Assembly (NCBI RefSeq): GCF_009914755.1
Contig: NC_060933.1
Reading direction: 5' to 3' (one strand)
From: the human T2T-CHM13v2.0 reference genome, Homo sapiens
DNA length: 64,000 nucleotides
In this document: positions 50,911 to 64,000 of the stretch, one piece after another
Numbering within the stretch: the first letter of the stretch is position 1
How the letters are laid out: every line of letters begins with the position of its first letter
The notes under the pieces: generated by a model
The model's input: the letters and a program-made list of their open reading frames with translations, nothing else
Told to the model about the DNA's origin: nothing
Databases searched by the model: none
Position numbers and translations under genes: made by a program

Positions 50911-53305
50911 CAGCCTCGGTGATCTCTCCCCAGCCCCTCAGCAGCGTCCCCCCACAAGGTGGGCTGGCTGATAAAGGGTTGAGGGACAAGGGTGATGGAA
51001 TCACATCGGCCACACACCACCTGGAAAGCAGTTCTGCATCTGTTGTCCTGCCAGGGGGTGGGCAGGTGGCAGGTGAAGATGGCCAGGCTCAGAGATGGGG
51101 AGGGTGGGGTGCAGGGCACTCAAGATGGTGCCAGTGGGGACCTTGCAAAGGCTACTTGGGGTGGGGGTGCTGTTTGCATCAGAGCCCTGAGGGCCTCTGG
51201 GAGAGAGTGGGGGAATTTAGGGACCAGTGATTGGGGGTGCTCACTGGTCAGGACCCCCGCCCCTCTAATATCCATATAGCACCATGTGGAGACACCTGGG
51301 AAGACAAGCAGGGCACCTACCTGGGGGACTGAGAGGGCAGGAGGAAGAGCCAGAAATGGGAGACTGGTCACAGGTGATGGGGGGGACAGGTGAGATGAGA
51401 ACACAGGTGAGGCGGAGACAGCTGAGATGGGGGCACAGGTGAGGGCACAGGTGAGCTCCCACGAGCTCTAGCTGGGCCACGCTTGGGATGCTGCTGCAGC
51501 CACTGCACACGGAGCCCCTGCTGGCTACCTGGGCCTCTGCCACAGCTTCCCATGCTATGCTGGATGTTCTGGTCCCACTTCACACTAAGGAAACTGAGGC
51601 TCAGGGATGCTAAACAACCTGCATACTTCCACATTGGACAGTGCCCACCAGGGGGAGATGGAATCAGACCCTTTCAGCTGCACAGCAGCGTCTCAATCGG
51701 CTCCAGCTGCTGCCCAAGGAAGCAGCAAAGCCCCTCACCCAGCTCAGGCTGGAGCAGGGACGGGGTGGAGGAGGCCTCGAGGGGACCCCAGCCCGTTGGC
51801 CCTGCCTTCTCCCCTGCAGAGCTGAGCTCTGACCCACATTCATCCCCTACAGAGCAGTGCCGGAGCCGCTCCCTCACACACGTCTACTAAGCATCGGCTG
51901 CAGCCCTAATGAGGCCCTTCTTTGAAGGGTCAGGACTCCGTCCTCTGCCTGCTTCAGTAGTTCTATTTCTGCCATCTCACCACAACCCCAGGAAATCCCC
52001 ACTTGACAGCTGAGGAAACTGAGTCATAGAGAGGCCACCCCCAGAGCCCCACAGCTCCGGAACCGAGCAGGCACCTGGAATTGGCCTGCCGGCCATGGTG
52101 AATCCAGCAGGGCAGGTGTCTGCTGGGGCCAAAGACTGTGCTGTGGGGTCGCCATGGAGAGTCCCCTAGCCTCGAGCCCTCTCTCTTGCACCCACCAACC
52201 TGGCTAGTCCGCTGGGAGGCAGAGACAAGGTCTGTCACCGCAGGCCTGGGGGCAGGGCGTGCCCCCAGACTCTGCCGCCTGCTGCGAGGCCAGTGCTGAT
52301 GGGAGCTTGTTTGCTGTCATACTGGTGGCTGTAGTCTGTTCCCACTTTTTCCAAAAGAGGAAGCTGAGGCTCAGACAGGGGCAGTGAGAGGCCTCCAGCA
52401 TGCAGAGCCTGCGTGCTGTGCCCTTACAGAGCTGGCCTTCCTAGGGTCTGTTCCCAGAGACCCCTCCTGCGGGACACCCCAGCAAGGATGCTGCTGGGGA
52501 GCTGGCTGCCTGGGCCTGGCCTCTCGCCACACACTGCCCCGCCCCCAGCTCCAGCCCTCCCATCCCACAGCCCAGGGCCTGGGCACACTCCACTGCCCGT
52601 CCATGGAGTGGCAGAGCCTGGACACATGCTGGCTGGTCGCATGCTGGCTTTTGGCCTCTTTACCATCCTCCCTCCCCTTTCTCCCCAAGGCCACCCCCCT
52701 CCAGAGGCATAGGAGACCACCCCCTGGGTGGGGGGAAGGGAGGCCTGTGGCTGAGTAGGAGGTGGCTCCCGGGGTCTCGGGCCTGAAGAACGTCGAATGG
52801 GGCAGCACAGAGTCTGGGGTGTGGGATTACCACACCTGGGATTACCATGGGTGTCAGGGAGGGACTGGGCTGGGGGCCCTTCCGAGGCTCCCCTGCACCA
52901 CAGCCTGCAGGATGGGGGCTCCTGGTACCAGCCTAGGGCCTGAGGTTGGAGCACACTGGACACCAGAGCAGAAAGGCTTTCACAGGTGCAAGAGCGGGGG
53001 CGGGGAGGAGAGAGCAAACCAGGGCGGAGGGGAGGGAGTGTGCTTCTGCCATGGGCAGGTTCCCCACCCGGCACACCCCACCTCTCTAGGCCCAGAGCAG
53101 GGTGCTGGCTGCAGCCTGGCAGACCTGGAGAAGATGAATGAGCCTCCAGGAGGGCCTGCTGCAAGCCCAGTACTCCCCAGCTGCCTGAGAGGAGAATTAT
53201 GACTGAGAAGGCGTCTTGGCAATAGTGAAACAGACCCAGAGAAGGAAGTGCACTTTCCCAAGGTCATACAGTGAGTTGGGGACTGTTCAGGATTCCCTCG
53301 TTCAC

Positions 53306-53584
53306 TTTTTTTTTTTTTTTTGAGACGGAGTCTCACTCTGTCACCCAGCCTTGGAGTGCAGTGGTGCGATCTCAGCTCAGTGCACCCTCCGCCTCAGCCT
53401 CCTGAGTAATTGGGATTACAGGTGTGCACCACCACACCACACCTAGCTAATTTTTGTATTTTTAGTAGAGACGGGGTTTCACCATGTTGGCCAGGCTGGT
53501 CCGGAACTCCTGACCTCAGGTGATCTACCCACTTCAGCCTCCCAAAGTGCTAGGATTACAGGCATGAACCACTGCGTCCAGCCC
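53306..53584 (-). mobile_element. AluS (small internal deletion)
   Basis: Alu consensus. Confidence 0.93.
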
Positions 53585-56405
53585 CTAATTTACTTTTCTT
53601 CCGTTTGCTCATGCACCAGGTGCTGCTAGCAGACTCTCTGGGGGCTCAGCCTGGGCCACCACATAGGGGAGGTGGGCCTCCCAAGTGTCCATCCCATAGG
53701 GAAGCAAGTGCACTGAGCATCATTTGGATTTCTGGGACGGGACAAAACACCACCTGTAGCCCCAGCCAGAGTCACACTTTCAGCCCCATCACCAGGCTGC
53801 AGCTACCTGGCCCTCAGAACCGCCAGCCTCCTTTCCCCCTGGGGCCTTGGCACATGCTGTTCCCTGGGCCCGGGGGCTCTTCCTGCAGGGCTTTGTGGGC
53901 CACCTCCTCAACGCTTACTGTGCTCAGACACCGCCTCTGCAGACAGCCCTCCAGCCTTTCCACTTTTTTGTTTATCCATTTGCTCTCTTGTTTAACCTCT
54001 CTTTTCCCACATAGAATAGAAGCTCCGAGAGGGCAGGAAGCAGCCCCTTTAGCAGTGCCTGGCCCACAGTAGGTGCTCAGTGAATACCTGTCCATAGCCT
54101 TGGAAAGGCTCAGTGACTCCTGCCTTGCCATAGGGGCCCTGAGCACTTTGGGTCTGGAATCCTCATTTTATAGATGGGAAAGTAGAGGCTGCCTGAGGTC
54201 ATAAAGGCTCAGTGCTCCCTTGCCTCACTCACCATCCTGGGTCTCGGGGACATCAGAGTCAGCTCCTTCTCAGATAGTTGGTCCTGTTGTAAAGATGGGC
54301 ACACTAAGACCCAGACAAGCTTCCATGCCCCCAGGACATGGGCAGAGGGAGACTGGGATGCAGGTCAGTCCAATTCCCGCTGTGCCTGCCTCCCACCGTC
54401 CCACGGAGGCAGCAGGATCTGCAGTAGGACAGGGCCTCTGAAAAGCCACTAGCCCCCACAAGCCCCAGCCTAAGAGGGCGACTTACCCCAGAGGCCAGAG
54501 CCCAGGCCTTCGGGTGGTCCCAGCCCTGCCCTCCCTGCAGCCATGGGGGCCTCCAGAACTCTGTCTTATCACCAGCTGCCCCAGGAGCATCTCCCACTTC
54601 CCAGAATCCAAGCCCCTCTGAGCAGCCAGTTCTGGCAGTGAGTGTGCAGGAAGAAGGGTGGGCTCACCTCCCCTCGGGGTTGCTTGCTCTGTTTCTGCCA
54701 ACAAACTCCCTCTGGACGATCCCTCCAGGGACATCCAGGGAGAGCTTTGGGCCCAGCCGGTGCCTGGGGGTGGCTGCATCATGACCCCACAGCCCATTCC
54801 TTCAGGCACCCACCCCAAGACACCGTACTTTCTGGGCCTCAGTAGGCAGGGCCAGCGGCGGTTGGCTCTGAAGCTGAAACACTATGTCCATGCAGGCAGC
54901 GCCTGGCACTGGGCAGGTATGGTCCAGGCCCCTCCACCCTTCCCCTCAGGACCTCCCTCTCGCGCCAGATTGAAGCAGTCATGGTTCCCCAGGGGCACCT
55001 GGTGGTCCCTGCAGCAGCTGGCTGCGACAAGAGGCCAGGCTGCTCCCTGCCCACAACATCATTCACATCGTTACTATGGGTGAAGGATTCCTCTCCATTT
55101 ACTGGGGAGAAAACTGAGGTTGGGGAAAGGGAGCCACTGGAACCCACGGGCTCCAGTGTACCTCCAGTCTACCTCCAGGGTTCCTCCCTCAGTTCCAGGG
55201 TTGTTAGATAAACCTGGAGGTCTGGGTGGGCCAAAAAGGGAGGCAGGGCAGGCCGTCGGGGAGCAGCCAGGCCCGCACCCCACATTCTATACGTTCTATC
55301 CTGGAAAGCAGCCGCTTGGGCCGCCCAGCCCCAGGGCCTACCCTGCTCTCCTCACACTGCCTTGGTGGATTTCTGGGCTTGGTGCCCTGCTCCTAGGTGG
55401 GAAGCTCTGACAGAGGCTCCCACAAGCCTCCAGAAGGCTGCAGCTTAGCCAGGATGACAACTGTGTGGTCGGACAGCAGCTACATGCCATCTCCCAGCTG
55501 TCAGGCTCCATGGCCCTTGAACCCCTTGTGTACTAAGGCCCCTTCCAGCTGGGCCACAGGAGGTGCAGGCCTTAGTGCTGCCTTGGACGTGAGTGTTCCC
55601 GGGGTCCCTGACGGCAGCAGCCTGCCCACTTCCACGCGTCTGTCCTTGCTCCCTTGGGGCCTCCTCCCACCCTGGTTGACGGATGCCCAGTACTGGCCCC
55701 AGGCTGGACTCAACCCTCCCTGTCTAGCCAGGGTGGGGCAAACACAAGGCTGTGCCCTGGAGGCTTGGGGACAGCAATGGGTATCATCACCTAAGAGAGA
55801 AAGAGCTAGAGGCTGGGTGTGTGTCAGCTGAGCCCCGAATTTCTGGAAAGTCAAGGTGTTTCAGGAAGCAGACTCCACCTCTTGGGATCCCGTGACTTGA
55901 CCCAAGCCAATCAGCATCCTCATTCCCTTGGCCACAGTGATTGGTCTGCATGGTCACATGACCCAAGATGGCCTCCCCACCCCTTGATGGCAGGAGGGAG
56001 CCTGGCTGCTGAGCTTGGGCAGCCATCTTGGAACTGGAAGAGCCTCCCAATGAGGCCCAAACAGAGGTTGGAGGAAGTCAGATCTCTGGTTTCATCTAGA
56101 GTAGTTACATGAGTCAATAAATTTCACGTGGAGTCAGGTTTTCTGCCAACTGCTGTCCTTGTCCACCCAGCCACTGTGTTGCAGGGATCAGCCTCTGCTC
56201 TCCAAAATTCCTGCCTTGGCCATATTTCCCCCACCCAGCATCCAGGCTTATAGCATCTCTTCCTCTTTTCTGCCGGGGCCAGGCCTGGCCCCCTTGGAGA
56301 GCTCAGTCTTCAGTGCCCCAGTGCTGTCCACTATAAATTCTACACAAAACTTCCTCATGAATCTCCATCTCAGAAAGGAAGCTTGGCTTTCCCTTTACCT
56401 TATCA

Positions 56406-57144
<739 letters not shown>

Positions 57145-57559
57145 TTATATTGGGGTATAGTCTCAAAGCACCCCTCTTCCCGGAGTCATGAAATGAATAT
57201 TTTGCTCTGTGAGACAACAGGATTCTCTCCTCTGCCCTCAACAAAACCTCACAGGAAAGGGCTACTGCCCTCACCTGCATGGAGAGAAGGACCGTGCAGC
57301 TCAGCATGGGGAGGCCATGCCTTAGGCGTGTTCTCCTAGTAGCAGGCCCTGCTATGTAGATTTCAATGCAAGGAGTTTATTTGGGAAGTGATCTAGGAAA
57401 CCGAATAGGGGAGTGGAGATTGAGGCAGAGAAAGGCTGAAAGCCTTTCAAGGTACAGTGTGTTGAATAATGTCACCTCCAAATTCATGTCCATCCAGAAC
57501 CTCAGCACATGGCCTGATTTGGAAATAAGATGCAATTCATTAAATTAAGATGAGGTCAC

Positions 57560-58068
57560 TGTTTGTGACTTAAGTGAGGCATTTAGGTTAGGTTCGGTTT
57601 AGTCAGTGGGGGACCTCAGACCAAAATGGCAAAAGGATTGAGTTTCTAATTCACAAAGCCCAGGGAGCAGAGGGCAGCATGGTTCACAAGGCCCATGGGA
57701 AGGGGAGGGGACGTCTGGGACATATGTGCTCAGCAGCAGGTAAGGAGAAAAAGAGAGGGATCTGGGGGCCAAAGTCTTTACTGGGGTCCAGGGTGTTACC
57801 TACGTGCGTTTCCCGAGTCAGGGGCTCATTGGTTGATTTAAAGGGAGTGTGAGGGTAAGCACTGGAACTTGGCTACACTGTCAAGTTCACCAGACTTAAA
57901 GCAGAAGTAAGGTGACCCTGCAGTACAAAGTATGAGACCTTATCTATCCAAAATGCAAAAACAGGAACTGCATGGAGACTGTGTCAAAATATGTACGTCA
58001 GGTGTGACAAGCCAGGGACAGGACAAGATGGATGCTGAGGCAGCATTAATATGAATGAGAGTTATAAC
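57560..58068 (-). mobile_element. ERVL-type LTR nested in the MLT1 5' LTR
   Basis: tgt...taaca termini interrupt gaggtca|tattggattagg. Confidence 0.5.
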
Positions 58069-58131
58069 AGCCATATTGGATTAGGAAAGGCCCTAAATCC
58101 AATGATTTTTGCCCCTATAAGAAGAGGAGAG

Positions 58132-61553
<3,422 letters not shown>

Positions 61554-62249
61554 TGAACATGGGACCACAGTAACCTTTGGGAGTTCCAACTGTAGTGGGT
61601 TCAATAGTGTACCTGCAAATTTATGTCTGCCTGGAACGTCAGAATGTGATCTTATTTGGAAATAAGATCTTTGCAGATATAGTTAGATATAGAAGTCATA
61701 CTGGATTAGGATGGGCCATAAATCCAATAACTAGTGTCCCAATAAGAAGAAAAGACACAGAGATGTGGTGGTGGAGGTAGAGATTGGAGTGGTGCAGCTA
61801 CAAGCCAAGGAGTACCAAGAATGCCTTTGTTTTGAGGCCCCGATTTGTGGTACTTTGTTGCAGTGACCGTGGGACACTAACACACAGGGTGGGTAATTAA
61901 GCTATTAGGTCTGGAGGCAACTGGAACTTAGTCTGCTGGGGAGTCTGGTAGCTACTACTCCATCCTCCAGTTAAGAGCCCCAGAACACATCTGCTGATGA
62001 ACAAAGTTGGATTTGCAGACTTGCTGCAATGAGCGGGAGCACATGTGTTGGGAAAGCCTAGGGCATTGCAATGGGATGCTTGTAGGGAGGACGTAGAGTA
62101 GGATTTGGGCTGTGTTAGGTGGTTTTGAAGGGGGTTCAAAAGCCAGTCTGCACTGGATGCTATCGGGAGCAATTCTATGCTTGGGTATTTTAATACATTC
62201 CATCAGAAAGCAGAGGAATGAAATGAGGCTCAAGCTGCAATTGGTATGA

Positions 62250-63219
<970 letters not shown>

Positions 63220-63225
63220 CTGGAC

Positions 63226-63773
63226 CTGTCTGACAATGATTCCGGCTTGATTATTATTCAGGTATGGTGAGGCCAGCAGATCAGTAGACAACTACCATTG
63301 AGAAGATAGCTTGCTATCACAGATCCCAAGTGGAAGAGGCCTCCACCCTTGAAGGGCCACACAGGGAAGCACCAGGGTTGGTCAGGAGGCAGAGGGAATG
63401 GGGGAAGTGTGGGCCGGAGCCTTTACTGTGGTTTTGAAGGAAGGCATGGGCAAGCAGGGCAAGCAGGCTGAGTACTGGCTGGTGTGAATCATTTCAGTGG
63501 GCTCTGGGGCACAGAGGCTCTTGCTGAGTGTCTGGTACCTGCCTCAGGGTGAGGAGTGCAGGGGGATGGTGGCCCAGAGTGTGGTAGCCCTGGAGAGGAG
63601 GTGTAGGATGTGGGCTCTGGGTTGGTTGGTTTGCACTTGAAAGGCATGATCACAGGCAAGTCCTTTACTCTCTAGGGACTGGCTATCCCTGGGAGGGGCT
63701 GTCACTCCAGGTCAGCAAGTCCCCAAGATGTCAAAGCATCAGAATACAGAAAATAAAAAAATATGATTAATAT
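63226..63773 (-). mobile_element. MER54/MER74-like ERVL LTR
   Basis: caagatgtcaaagcatcagaatacagaaaataaaa..atgattaata terminus. Confidence 0.55.
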
Positions 63774-64000
63774 GGGCCCCCAGAGGGAGTCTCCAGCCGC
63801 TAGAAGTTGGGCTGAGGCCCCCGAGTGGGCATGGCTGAGGAGACATGGCAGGCACAGACGGCATCTGCTACAGGTGACCAGACCAAAGTCAGCTGGCTCA
63901 GGACCAGGGTTTCAGCTCAGGGCAGCCTGATGCCAAATTCCACATTCTGAACTATAGCTCGGTTTGGTGAGAGGAGAGAAAAGAACAACAGGTGTTTTCC

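Noticed and set aside
52822-52848. tgggattacca repeated twice (GGATTA homeodomain sites)
   Set aside because: a trivial 11-bp local duplication; insufficient evidence of function

Overview
Primate (almost certainly human) genomic DNA. The window holds the 3' part of FGD3, a Cdc42 GEF with DH-PH-FYVE-PH domains, on the + strand. Fifteen GT-AG coding exons (17588-50259) splice in continuous phase to 574 codons plus TGA. A 3' UTR follows, with AATAAA at 50883. The start codon and N-terminal exon(s) lie upstream of the window. Bases 1-17.5 kb are intronic and almost entirely nested transposable elements: ERV1 LTRs and internal sequence, old L1M, Alus and a full-length but ORF-disrupted antisense L1PA. 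Bases 51-64 kb are intergenic and include a two-LTR MLT1 (MaLR) provirus loaded with Alus. I found no rRNA, tRNA or CRISPR array, and I cannot support a genuinely new biological system. The best leads are: (1) the antisense L1 in a 'gene-breaking' layout with an open ORF0 and splice donor pointing at FGD3; (2) a recursive-splice-like AG|GTGAG just before the first DH exon; (3) a near-consensus p53 element in a MER61-like LTR; (4) a TSD-flanked block of apparently captured DNA with a fold-back repair scar; (5) two E-box arrays. Repeat family names come from recalled consensus sequences and repeat boundaries are approximate.
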